A DNA stretch of 64,000 bases from an uncultured Phycisphaerales bacterium (GTDB taxonomy: Bacteria > Planctomycetota > Phycisphaerae > Sedimentisphaerales > Anaerobacaceae): assembly GCA_963772725.1 (NCBI GenBank), contig CAVYYI010000003.1, positions 512,001-576,000 of the forward strand, written 5' to 3'. Below the pieces are notes generated by a model. It was not told where the DNA came from, made no database searches, and worked only from the letters and a program-made list of their open reading frames with translations. Positions 19,538-29,386 of this stretch are shown here, in pieces. A program made the translations under genes and the position numbers. Within the stretch, counting starts at the first letter, position 1; each line of letters starts with the position of its first letter.

Positions 19538-20279
19538 TTACCATTTTGCCTCAACATAAGGGCCTTCATAGCCCTGGGGTTTTTGTTTAGGCCTGGTCTT
19601 GATAATCGCTTCGGCGATGGCGATGTCGCTGGGGCGGGTGATTTTTATGTTCGATGAGTCCGTTTCAACTATCGAGACCTTATGGCCGAGTGCCTCGAAC
19701 GAGTTGGGAATCGTCGCTGACTTTGTTCTTGTCGAGAGTTTGCAGATTTTTATAAGCCTTTCTCAGCAACTCGGCGTCGAATATCTGCGGTGTCTGGGCC
19801 TCGTAAAGTCCGGCCCTATCGACTGTGCTGATTATTGTTCTGTCGTGAGCTTTTTTTATTGTCGCGACGACGGGACTTGCCAAAATGGCGGCTCCTGTTT
19901 TTTCGGCCTGCGCAAAGCACGCGTCAATCCATTCCTGGGTAACGCAGCACCTGGCGGCATCATGAACGGCGATAAGCTCAATATCGTTTTTGACAAGCTC
20001 AAGGGCCTTACTGACAGTATCGAACCGTTCCTGTCCGCCGAAACAGATTTTTACATTAAAGAACTTAAGGTTTGCCCCCCATTTAATGCTCACTAATTCC
20101 TCATCTTCGGGTGAAATGGCCGGCAGGAGCTGCTTGACGTCGCTTCGATTTGAAAAAAGCTCGATGCTGTAAAGAAAAGCGGGCCTGCCATCGACGTCCA
20201 CGAAAGGTTTTTTCTTTTTGCCGCCGAATCTGCTGCTTGCACCTGCCGCACAAATTATTACCGCTGCGCTTTTACTCAT
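19538..20279 (-). CDS. ispD: 2-C-methyl-D-erythritol 4-phosphate cytidylyltransferase (frameshift near 19700)
   Basis: AAGASSRFGG..K, VHDAAR, QTPQ, DD. Tail NIKITRPSD in the next frame. Confidence 0.92.
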
Positions 20280-20501
20280 AATAACTCCGGTTTAATCCTG
20301 ATATAAATGAAACTAATCATCGGTAAGTTTGAGTTAAAGTGTACTCACGGCGGCAGTAAAAGCAAGCCATTAATCACAAACTTATAATCCAGACGATTTA
20401 GTATATATCCATTTTACGCAATGAAAACTTGACTGAAAGGGCAAAAACCGGTAGTCTCTTTTAAAAACAAATAAGAGCGCGGCGATTCGCCGATTGTGAT
20501 T

Positions 20502-20980
20502 ATGCAAAAGCAGGACATTCCACGATTAGTTTTATTTGCCTTATTTTTCGCCATAGGAGTAACGACTATGAGTGCGGCGATTCTTTGCGACGAATTACTG
20601 AACTATTACAGAAACGCGGAGATTTTACAGGCGGCGGAAAACTCTAAAAGTCGTCTTGAATCCATCAATACGGATTACGACGCGCTGCTAAAACAAATGC
20701 ACAGCAACTCCGCCATCATCGAGCGTGTCGCATCAACGGAAATAGGTGTAAGGCCTGGTGATGCGAACGTCATATATCCCAAAGCAAGCGTCGAACATCT
20801 GGCGGCAGCCCAGAAAGCGGTCGCCGAAGATGCCAATAAACCTGTTTCTGCTCCGGTGCCAGACTGGCTTGTGAGATGTAATGCACTTATCGGCGTGTTA
20901 TGCTGTTTTTGGCTGGTGCGGGTTTAATTATCATTGCGTTCGTATGTTTTACGCCGACACAGAGCGTCGCCGAAAGGTAA
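20502..20980 (+). CDS. Membrane protein with TM + coiled coil, FtsB/DivIC-like (frameshift near 20885)
   Basis: TM helix, coiled coil and IERVA..EIG motif reminiscent of DivIC. Second TM in the shifted frame. Confidence 0.5.
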
Positions 20981-20984
20981 AGCA

Positions 20985-21422
20985 TCATTCGAAGCGGAGC
21001 AGATTAACGCCGGTATCCTCATACGGTTTCCTGGCGGCGTTTATCCCGACTATCTCGATTATGGTAACTTCGAGAACCAGGAAAGTTTTTGCGCCGCCCC
21101 GCGGACAGCCAACCAATGTGAGGTCTCCTTTACCGATAGCGGTGTGAATATGCAGTTTAGGTCCGTCGCTGTCGCAGTAAATTGTGCCGACGCCGAACGT
21201 TTCGCCCGGCCCGGTAAAATCCTTGATGTTGCCCACGATTTTGGGCTTTTCCTGCTTTGGGCCGACAACAACCCTGGCCTGCCGGAAACCGCCGGTAATC
21301 AGAACAGCCGCCGATTTTATGTCTTCCTTGCTTGCGACAGTTTCGATGGATTCATAGAGGTCTTCGCCCTCGAAAAGCCGCACGCCTATCACCCTGCCCG
21401 CTTTGCCTACGGCGTATTCCAT
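20985..21422 (-). CDS. PPC/DUF296 domain protein
   Basis: RLFEGEDL, GVGTI, LHIH, GG motifs. Confidence 0.88.
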   Translation of the reverse strand: MEYAVGKAGRVIGVRLFEGEDLYESIETVASKEDIKSAAVLITGGFRQARVVVGPKQEKPKIVGNIKDFTGPGETFGVGTIYCDSDGPKLHIHTAIGKGDLTLVGCPRGGAKTFLVLEVTIIEIVGINAARKPYEDTGVNLLRFE

Positions 21423-21449
21423 TTTCTTTTCTCCTTTATTGGCGCAAAT

Positions 21450-21496
21450 AAAAAAAGGGGGCTACAGACGACAGTGCATCGTCCATTGTCCCCCCC
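21450..21496 (-). terminator. Rho-independent terminator
   Basis: GGGGGGGACAATGGACGA...TCGTCTGTAGCCCCC followed by T7. Confidence 0.7.
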
Positions 21497-21570
21497 AGAG
21501 AAGAGAAGAGAGAGTATAGCGTTTTTCAGTTATAACCTTTTATCTGCCCTTCAAGGCAGGTTCTTCTCAC
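21450..21570 (-). ncRNA. Candidate small RNA or attenuated leader
   Basis: TTGCAT-16-TATATT promoter (21604-21577), 5' hairpin, CU-rich tract, and a GC hairpin + U7 terminator. Confidence 0.45.
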
Positions 21571-21778
21571 ACAGAAAATATACATAATAAATCCCGCAAT
21601 GCAAAAAAAACAAAAAAAATTTGATAAACCCATAAGGCCACGCAATAACTCTTTTATTCGAAAGCACACGGCTTTACACCGCGGGTATAGGAATTTTCTT
21701 TTATGGTTGGCAAACGCCGCGGCGAACCCAAAACTGTTGACCCTGCTCCCTTCACGCTGTCCGCTTCTTTTTGCCAGC

Positions 21779-21940
21779 TTACATTACATGATGATACATA
21801 ATCTTGTTTTTTTGTTCTTTAGCTCTCTTCTCACGATGCACATGACAATAAAGTTCATGATTATATATGCTCAGAATACACTTGCAGTTCGGAAACATGC
21901 ATTTTCTACCTTCAGCCGACGTCTTTAACGCTTTTACCAT
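21779..21940 (-). CDS. Small 53-aa CCCH-type zinc-finger-like protein
   Basis: MVKALKTSAEGRKCMFPNCKCILSIYNHELYCHVHREKRAKEQKNKIMYHHVM. AAGGGG SD. Below the ORF-track cutoff. Confidence 0.75.
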   Translation of the reverse strand: MVKALKTSAEGRKCMFPNCKCILSIYNHELYCHVHREKRAKEQKNKIMYHHVM

Positions 21941-22062
21941 TGTTACCCCTTATAGATAGCTCACAAAACCAAAAAGCTGCAATGGTCTTTTATCTTCCTC
22001 TGCGGCCCAAAGATTTTATCTTTATATTTTGTTGCTCAAAACTAATAAATGTCAATTCCATA

Positions 22063-22090
22063 ATTATACTACATTATCGGCCTTTGTCAA
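22063..22090 (-). promoter_or_regulatory. Consensus sigma70 promoter for the small zinc-finger ORF
   Basis: Perfect TTGACA-16 nt-TATAAT. Confidence 0.7.
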
Positions 22091-22235
22091 ACAATTTCGC
22101 ATCTTTCGTTTTATCGCGGGGTTTTAACATTAAAAGTCATTTTTGGGTCTGTGATATATTTGCTTGATATGCCAAGTTAAAGTTTTTAGAATACACAGGA
22201 AATAGAATAATTTCTGTGCCATAGGAGGATTTTGA

Positions 22236-23152
22236 ATGGATAGAAGAAGTTTTCTGGCGGCTGGTGTAATGGCTGGTACAATCGCTGTTTCAGGCAAAAT
22301 AACAAGGGGGGAGACGACCGAAAAATCCTCAAACAAAGCCAAATTCAAGTTGAAGTATGCACGGGTCCAGGAATGTTCAAAAATCTCGCCAGTGCAAACG
22401 CGATTGACCAGTTGAAGTTTGCCGCCGACCAGGGGTTCACAGCTTTTTTCGATAACAGCATTATGAAAAAATCGGCCTCAGAGCAGGAGACGTTTGCAAA
22501 GGAAATGGCAAGGCTGAATATGACGCTCGGGCCTTTTGTTCTTTATGCGGATTCTAAGGTAGAGTCGTTTGTTATCCGCGATAAGGATATCCGCGAGATG
22601 CTCGTAAAGAAAATGAAAGAGGGCATAGAAACAGCCAAACGAGTTAACGCCAAGTGGGCGTTGGTTGTTCCGGGGCGTTACAATGAAAAATTAGATTGGA
22701 GTTATCAAACTGCCAATGTAATTGAGAATCTGAAATTTTGTATGGAGATTATCGAGCCTTCGGGATTGATTATTGTTCTTGAACCGCTCAATACTCTGAC
22801 GAATCATCCGGGCGTTTTCCTGACGAAGATTCCGCAGGCCTATCAGATATGCAAGGCGGTCAACAGCCCGTGCTGCAAAATTGTAAATGACCTATACCAT
22901 CAGCAGATTACGGAAGGCAACCTGATTCCGAATATTGATATGGCATGGGACCAGATTGCCGCGTTTCACGTGGGCGATAATCCGGGCAGAAAAGAGCCGA
23001 CCACCGGTGAAATAAATTACAGGAATATCTTTAAGCATATCTACGAAAAAAAGTATGACGGCGTGCTGTGTATGGAACACGGCAACAGTAAGCCGGGCAA
23101 AGAAGGCGAGCAGGCGGTGATAGATGCCTATCACTATTGTGATAATTTTTAG
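22236..23152 (+). CDS. Tat-exported hydroxypyruvate isomerase / xylose-isomerase-like TIM barrel (frameshift near 22365)
   Basis: MDRRSFLAAG Tat signal, LEPLN, DLYHQQITEGN, DNPGRKEPTTGEINY. Confidence 0.9.
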
Positions 23153-23168
23153 AAAGGAATAGCAAATT

Positions 23169-23831
23169 ATGAGTATCAAAACAAAATTTAACGGTTTGCT
23201 TTTTGTCAGTATAGTTGTTTCTCTGCTGGCGGCAGGCGGATGTGCATCGCGGGAGAAGTGTTCGGCTGACAAAAAAACTAATTTATGGAACGGCAAAGAT
23301 TTGACCGGCTGGAAAATGGTCGTGGCGGACGCAAATGTTGATGTGAATAAGGTCTGGTCAGTACGCAACGGTGTTATTCGCTGCGAGGGAAAGCCCAGCG
23401 GGTATATACGCACGGAGAAGGATTATTCAAACTATAAACTTCATGTCGAATGGCGATGGGCGGAAAAGCCGACAAACAGCGGCGTATTACTTCATATGAG
23501 CGGTGAGGATAAAGTCTGGCCTAAAGCGATTGAACTTCAACTTATGTCCGGAAACGCTGGAGACGTTTATTTTATAGGCGACACCTCCGCAAAATCCGAT
23601 GTCCCGCAAAAAGGCAGAAAGATTCCTAAAAGAGAGAAAAGCAGCGAGAAACCCGCCGGACAATGGAATACCTATAATATCATTTGTAAAGGTAATACAA
23701 TAAAGGCGTATGTCAACAGCGTTCTACAGGCTGATATAACAGATACCTCGGTGGATTCAGGCAAAATATGCCTTCAAAGCGAGGGTTCTCCAATAGAATT
23801 CCGGAATATTTATATTGAGCGAGTAAAGTAA
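23169..23831 (+). CDS. DUF1080 (3-keto-disaccharide hydrolase family) lipoprotein
   Basis: AGG-C lipobox, LWNGKDLTGW, NSGV, GQWN, LQSEG..IEFRNI. Confidence 0.92.
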   Translation: MSIKTKFNGLLFVSIVVSLLAAGGCASREKCSADKKTNLWNGKDLTGWKMVVADANVDVNKVWSVRNGVIRCEGKPSGYIRTEKDYSNYKLHVEWRWAEKPTNSGVLLHMSGEDKVWPKAIELQLMSGNAGDVYFIGDTSAKSDVPQKGRKIPKREKSSEKPAGQWNTYNIICKGNTIKAYVNSVLQADITDTSVDSGKICLQSEGSPIEFRNIYIERVK

Positions 23832-23869
23832 CAAATTGTTCTGATATTTTTACAGAAGAGAGGTCAATT

Positions 23870-25172
23870 ATGAAAAATTACAATACAAGCAACGTTTCAA
23901 GGCGTGATTTTATGAAGGCATCAGCAGCGGTTTCGCTGGCGGCGCTGGCCACGGGCGGATCCCGGCTATTTGCCGCAGGCTCTGATAAACTTCGTATCGG
24001 TTTAATCGGATGCGGCGGTCGCGGCACAGGCGCAGTTATAAACTGCGTCGAATCATCCAATGGTATCGAAATTGCCGCTCTCGGCGACCTTTTCAAAGAC
24101 CAGGTTGATAAATCGCTTAATAAGATTCAGGAAGAATTACTTAAGAAAAATTTGCCCGCTGAAATATGCAAGGTTACGCCTGAAACCTGTTTTGCTGGAT
24201 TTGACGCATACAAAAAAGTAATAGGTTCTGATGTTGATATTGTCATTCTTGCGACACCGCCTGGTTTTCGGCCTATACATTATAAAGCTGCGGTTGAGGC
24301 AGGCAAACACGTATTTATGGAGAAACCTGTCGCGGTTGACCCTGTCGGGGTTCGCAGCATAATCACTTCATCTGAGCTGGCCGCACAGAAAAATCTGGCG
24401 GTTGTCTCCGGCACACAGTGCCGGCATCAGAATCATTACCTTGAAATTATGAAAAGAATCCATAAGGGCGATATAGGCCAGATTACAGGCGGGCAGTGCT
24501 ACTGGATGGGTGGGGCAATGTTGAACTGGGGTCCCAAGGCTGACCCGAAATGGTCGCAGATGGAGCTTCAGTGCCGCAGGTGGTACTTCTATGTCTGGAA
24601 TTGCGGCGACCACATTGTTGAGCAGCACGTTCATAATCTTGACGTGATGAACTGGGCGATTGAAGCGCATCCGGTACAGTGTCTCGGCATAGGCGGAAGG
24701 CAGATACGCACCGCACCAGAATACGGCAATATCTATGACCATTTCGCCGTTGAGTACGAATATCCCAATGGCGCACGCATTTTAAGTATGTGCCGTCACA
24801 CCGATGGCGCAACCAGCCAGGTATCCGAAAGAGTCGTCGGCACAAATGGCTCTTCATATACGAGCGGTTCTGTCGGCTCCATTGAGGGTAAAAATCCCTA
24901 TAAGTTTGAAGGCGAGGCGCCGAATCCTTATGTACAGGAACATGCTGATTTGATTAAAAGCATTCGCGACGGCAAACCTTTGAATGAAGGCAGACGGGTT
25001 GCGGAAAGTACACTGACGGCAATTATGGGGCGAATGAGCGCCTATACGGCGCGCTCTTAAGTGGGACTGGGTGATGAATGCCTCAAAACTTGACCTGACG
25101 CCGCCGAAATTTGAATTTGGCGATTTACCGGTCGAACCGATCGCTATTCCCGGCCAAACGCCGTTAATCTGA
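23870..25172 (+). CDS. Tat-exported Gfo/Idh/MocA oxidoreductase (frameshift near 25050)
   Basis: SRRDFMK, GLIGCGGRG, EKP, GDHIVEQHVHNLD. Confidence 0.93.
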
Positions 25173-25184
25173 GATTTTTAACTC

Positions 25185-25350
25185 ATACCTATTGCATTTA
25201 AAAGATGCAGGCTTTGTCATTACGAGGCCTGCGGAGCCGCCGCGGCGGATGGCAATCTCAATCTAATGACTTAGAATTGCTTCGTTGCTGCGCTCCTCGC
25301 AATGACAGTCTTAACGGCTGAAAGGCGCATATATTCAATACAATTGGTAT
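25185..25350. repeat. MITE-like element with a nested REP-like palindrome
   Basis: Terminal inverted repeats ATACCTATTGCATT / AATACAATTGGTAT enclose TGTCATTACGAGG...CCTCGCAATGACA. Confidence 0.65.
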
Positions 25351-25415
25351 CACATATTTCACCGCGGAGTTCGTCGAGGCAGTAGAACCAACTCAAAATT
25401 CAAAAGGTATGTATT

Positions 25416-26096
25416 TTATTTTTCCAGCAGCTTTAACTTAAATAACAAACCCGCCGCAATCCCCGCAATACCTGGTACCACAAGAAATAACCAAAGCTGA
25501 GAAATCGCCTTGCCGCCAACAAACAATGCCGGACCAAGACTTCTCGCAGGATTCACAGATACTCCCGTTATATTTATTCCAAAAATATGTATCACAACCA
25601 GTGTTATGCCTATTGCGAGTCCAGCAAATTGTGTCGGTGCTTTTTCCTGTGTAGAGCCTAATATCACAATAATAAAAAGCAGAGTCGCGACAAATTCAAA
25701 TGTTATCGCAGATACCAGGTTGTATTCTCCCAGATACCCTGTCCCCCATCCGTTCTGCCCAAGACCATGGGCGGAAATATCATAACCCTGGATTGCTCCA
25801 GTGACTATCACCGATAGAACCAGAGCTGCCACTATTGCACCTGCACATTGTCCGATGATATAACCTGCCAAATCCCTGGCGTTCATCCTGCCGGCCGTAA
25901 ACACCCCCAGACTTACCGCGGGATTTATATGACATCCTGATATCGGCCCTATCCCGTATGCCATCGCGATTAGAGCAAATCCAAACGAAAATGCTATCCC
26001 CAAAAATCCTACCTTGCCGCCGGCAACAACCGCGGTGCCGCACCCGAACAAAACTAATGTAAAAGTTCCTATGAATTCCGCTAAATACTTTTTCAT
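25416..26096 (-). CDS. aqpZ: Aquaporin Z
   Basis: AEFIGTF, SGCHINPAVS and SVNPARS NPA motifs. Confidence 0.95.
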   Translation of the reverse strand: MKKYLAEFIGTFTLVLFGCGTAVVAGGKVGFLGIAFSFGFALIAMAYGIGPISGCHINPAVSLGVFTAGRMNARDLAGYIIGQCAGAIVAALVLSVIVTGAIQGYDISAHGLGQNGWGTGYLGEYNLVSAITFEFVATLLFIIVILGSTQEKAPTQFAGLAIGITLVVIHIFGINITGVSVNPARSLGPALFVGGKAISQLWLFLVVPGIAGIAAGLLFKLKLLEK

Positions 26097-26164
26097 ATTT
26101 CAGCTCCCTTCAAAAATTTTATTTCGCTCTGAAATTAGTATCAACTAATTCTATCTCGTCCAAC

Positions 26165-26581
26165 TCACTTCGACTTCAGAATATCTCGGATTTCCGTGAG
26201 AACTCTCTCTTCAGCAGATGGAGGAGGAGGCGCTTCCGGTGCGGTCACTTCTTTCTTCTTCGCAAAGTTCATAGCCTTTATAACCATAAATATCGCGAAA
26301 GCAACTATAAGAAAATCGATGACGATATTTGCGAAATTCCCATAATTTATCGTTACGGCCGGTATCGCTTTGCCAGCAGCATCTATTGAAGCCTGTTTAA
26401 GAACCAGCTTTAAATCAGCAAAATCCATACCCCCTATAAGCATCCCGACAGGCGGCATAATAATATCGTTTACAATCGAGGCTACAATCTTGCCGAACGC
26501 CCCGCCGATAATAATGCCCACGGCCATATCCACAACATTCCCCCGCATCGCAAACGCTTTAAATTCTTTTAAAATTTGCAT
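26165..26581 (-). CDS. mscL: Large-conductance mechanosensitive channel
   Basis: [29 protein letters not shown]. Confidence 0.97.
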   Translation of the reverse strand: MQILKEFKAFAMRGNVVDMAVGIIIGGAFGKIVASIVNDIIMPPVGMLIGGMDFADLKLVLKQASIDAAGKAIPAVTINYGNFANIVIDFLIVAFAIFMVIKAMNFAKKKEVTAPEAPPPPSAEERVLTEIRDILKSK

Positions 26582-26626
26582 GATAGTGTCCCCTTAAAAT
26601 GTTTGTTTTCTGGCACAAAAAAATTA

Positions 26627-26661
26627 AAGGCACCACGGCGCTAATAACACCGTGGTGCCTT
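26627..26661. terminator. Hairpin terminator downstream of the OmcB-like gene
   Basis: AAGGCACCACGG...CCGTGGTGCCTT, followed by a T-rich run on the minus strand. Confidence 0.7.
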
Positions 26662-26676
26662 ATTCATATTGCCGTA

Positions 26677-28296
26677 CTATTCATACAGATGCGTAGCTTC
26701 AGTTTCCTGAACCGGTCTTGTCAACTGTTCGCTGGTCATTACTGTTGTAAACCTGACATCCCCAGCTTTCAAAGCTTTCACTGTAACACGCCACGTCGCC
26801 TGTGCCTTTGGCGCAAGACTCGGCAACGGTTCAAATGTTACAGTATTACCCGTAACGGAACCTCTGGTTGCTCCGGATGACGAGACATATTGTTCGGCAT
26901 CTTCAAGCGTGCAGACTATCTTAATGTTGGTATCGGCCGCAGAACCCTGATTGGTAGCTGTAATCACATAGGTCTCATTACTGCCTACCTCAATCGGGTC
27001 CTCAATATCAACAACCTCAAGAAGAATTGCCGCAATTCCAGATATGGTTGTCTTTGCGGAAACACTTACCGCCTCAGCGCATTCTGCTGTTGCTTTTGCG
27101 GTATTGCTTACCGTGCCCGCCGCTCTTGGAGTATATGATACACTTACGGCCTTGGAAGCGCCGGCTGCCAGGGTACCTACATTCCATACCACACCCGAAG
27201 CGCTGACTGTTCCGCCGTCACTTGCCTTAACTCCGGCTACTCCGGCAGGAATTGTATCCGTCAGAACTGTACGTTCTGCGGCTGCATCACCTTTATTGGA
27301 AACTTGAATCTGATAACCTACAGCCCTGCCAAGATACTGCTGGTCAGGCCCTTTTTTGCTGATTGCCAGTACCGGCTGACGAACCTCTGTTGTGGTTGAC
27401 GCCTCAGCTTTAAGGCCTGTTGATGAACTTGCAACAGCTTTATTATCATACTTGCCGGTTTTTTCTGCCCTAAGCGTGGCAGAAATTTCCTTCGACTGAC
27501 CCGCAGCCAAAGTACCGACATTAATCACAATGGAACTCTTGCCGTCAACTGTTTTAAGACCGGCGGGAAGCTTATCCTCAATCTTAATGTCACCGGCAGA
27601 ACCTGTGCCTGAATTGGTTACAACAAATTTCACCGGAATCGGGTCACAAAGCAAAACGCTCGCAGGGGCAGTCTTGACCAGTTTCAGCGCAGGCTGCACA
27701 ACTTTAACGCTTGAACATGTCGGAACTGTATATGTGACCGTAGTGCAATTTTTAATACAACCAGTGCTTGTGGCCATGCCTGAAACTGTAATGGCTTTTG
27801 TTTCACCAGCCTCAAGTGTCCCAATCACAAATATCAGTTTTTTCTCGATTGCTTTAGCTTTTGGATTTGTATCTGCCGCCTTGAAATTGTCTGCCAGAGT
27901 TTCTGTTACCACAACATCGTCAAGCATATAGCCTGTTGGGTTTATGACTTTAATCATGTAATCAAATTTAGTGTTCATTGCCACTTCTGCCGGCATATCC
28001 CTTTCAAGTTTGGCTATCGTGCATGCTTCACAGGGATAAGACCCTGTAGCTGAGCAAGCGCCGCATTCGCTCTTAGCCGCCGGTCGCAGCTTTGCAGCAA
28101 CTGGGGCCGGCTTCGCAGGCGCAGCCTTGGCTATCGGCTTGCATTCTTTATCCCAGAAGAACTTATCCGCTGGATAATTTTCTCTTGGTCCCTTACCCCA
28201 GCAGTGATTCCATGTTTGACAACTGTAACAGCCGGCAAGTTCCAATGTACCCGCCAGAAATGCTGTCAAAAACAAGATGTTCAGTATCTTTCTCAT
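26677..28296 (-). CDS. OmcB-like cysteine-rich DUF11-repeat lipoprotein
   Basis: LAG-C lipobox, repeated DUF11 units, and C-terminal LLEVVDIEDPIEVG..Y.I..TNQGSA...GDVRF...PVQETEAT resembling chlamydial OmcB. Confidence 0.85.
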   Translation of the reverse strand: MRKILNILFLTAFLAGTLELAGCYSCQTWNHCWGKGPRENYPADKFFWDKECKPIAKAAPAKPAPVAAKLRPAAKSECGACSATGSYPCEACTIAKLERDMPAEVAMNTKFDYMIKVINPTGYMLDDVVVTETLADNFKAADTNPKAKAIEKKLIFVIGTLEAGETKAITVSGMATSTGCIKNCTTVTYTVPTCSSVKVVQPALKLVKTAPASVLLCDPIPVKFVVTNSGTGSAGDIKIEDKLPAGLKTVDGKSSIVINVGTLAAGQSKEISATLRAEKTGKYDNKAVASSSTGLKAEASTTTEVRQPVLAISKKGPDQQYLGRAVGYQIQVSNKGDAAAERTVLTDTIPAGVAGVKASDGGTVSASGVVWNVGTLAAGASKAVSVSYTPRAAGTVSNTAKATAECAEAVSVSAKTTISGIAAILLEVVDIEDPIEVGSNETYVITATNQGSAADTNIKIVCTLEDAEQYVSSSGATRGSVTGNTVTFEPLPSLAPKAQATWRVTVKALKAGDVRFTTVMTSEQLTRPVQETEATHLYE

Positions 28297-28773
28297 AATT
28301 TTATTCCCTTCTAAAAAATTGTAAAAAATGTTTCCAACAATTTTACAGCTATTCTTGCACTAAAATGACATTAAGGGCCTAAGGCAAACTGTTTTTGGTG
28401 ACATATTATCTCATTTGCGACTAAAAAGGACAGGTTTCCCCAGCTAAGATTTCCAGAGTTCATATTACATAACTCCTTATTTAAATCCCACGCATGTCCT
28501 ATAAAGTAAGACCGTAGAACTGTAAAGTCAAGTCTTTTTAATAAAAAAATTTAGTAAAAACCACAATTGGGAAAAACTACAATTTTTGAGTTAGAATGTC
28601 ACTTCCCTCCGAAATGTTTTTTGCCTGCGGGGGCAATAATAAAAAAGAGTAAGCCGGCGGGTAAACCGCAGAGCATTCGGGCGAGAACGGCATAACAGGG
28701 TTTGAAGCGAAATTGTTGAGGCCGATTACACGCGACAATCGAATAGACCCCCGGTGTCATGTCCCGTGAAAAA

Positions 28774-29193
28774 TTAATCGGTATGGAAGACCTCTTCCAT
28801 ACCGGCCCACCATTCGCCGGGTTTACACGTGGATATCGGCTTTTGCAGCGGGTCGGTATGTGTCCACCATTCTTTTGTAGTCGGGTCTTTGGCCATTTCG
28901 GCCATATCAGCCTTGAAGTCTTTGCCGACATACTCGAAATAACTGAACAGGTAATATTTGCCCGGTTCGAGTTCGCCAAGGTAAATTGAGTAGTTGCGTA
29001 TATTGCACTTTTTAATCATTTTTAAAACATCCGGCCATGCATTGGCGTGAAGTTTCTTGTATTCCTCGATGTTTTTCTTCTCGATGCCGATGACGCTGCC
29101 GTACCGTTGAACCTGCGGTTTAGAGCAGCCGCTAACCACTACCGCCGCACCAACCAGTAATGGCAGAAAAAACATTATGTTATTGCCCATCAT
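28774..29193 (-). CDS. rhaM: L-rhamnose mutarotase family protein with a lipoprotein signal
   Basis: EYKKLHANAWP, IRNYSIYL, LFSYFEY, WW..MEEVFH. VSG-C lipobox. Confidence 0.85.
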   Translation of the reverse strand: MMGNNIMFFLPLLVGAAVVVSGCSKPQVQRYGSVIGIEKKNIEEYKKLHANAWPDVLKMIKKCNIRNYSIYLGELEPGKYYLFSYFEYVGKDFKADMAEMAKDPTTKEWWTHTDPLQKPISTCKPGEWWAGMEEVFHTD

Positions 29194-29386
29194 AAGAAAT
29201 CCTTTCTATTAAGATAATAAAACCGTGTGGGTATATCATATCTTATCTTGGGAAGTGGTCAATAGCGCCATCTTTTTTTTAATATCTGGCGGGAAAATTA
29301 TCTTGCATCAAAGATGCCAGGTTAGTAAATTATCCGAAATTGGAAAATTTTTAATCAGATTGTTCACCCTTTTTAAGGAGCGACTG

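Noticed and set aside
28599..28770. Possible ncRNA or ORF between the OmcB-like gene and rhaM
   Set aside because: No recognisable RNA motif, promoter-terminator pair or protein pattern.
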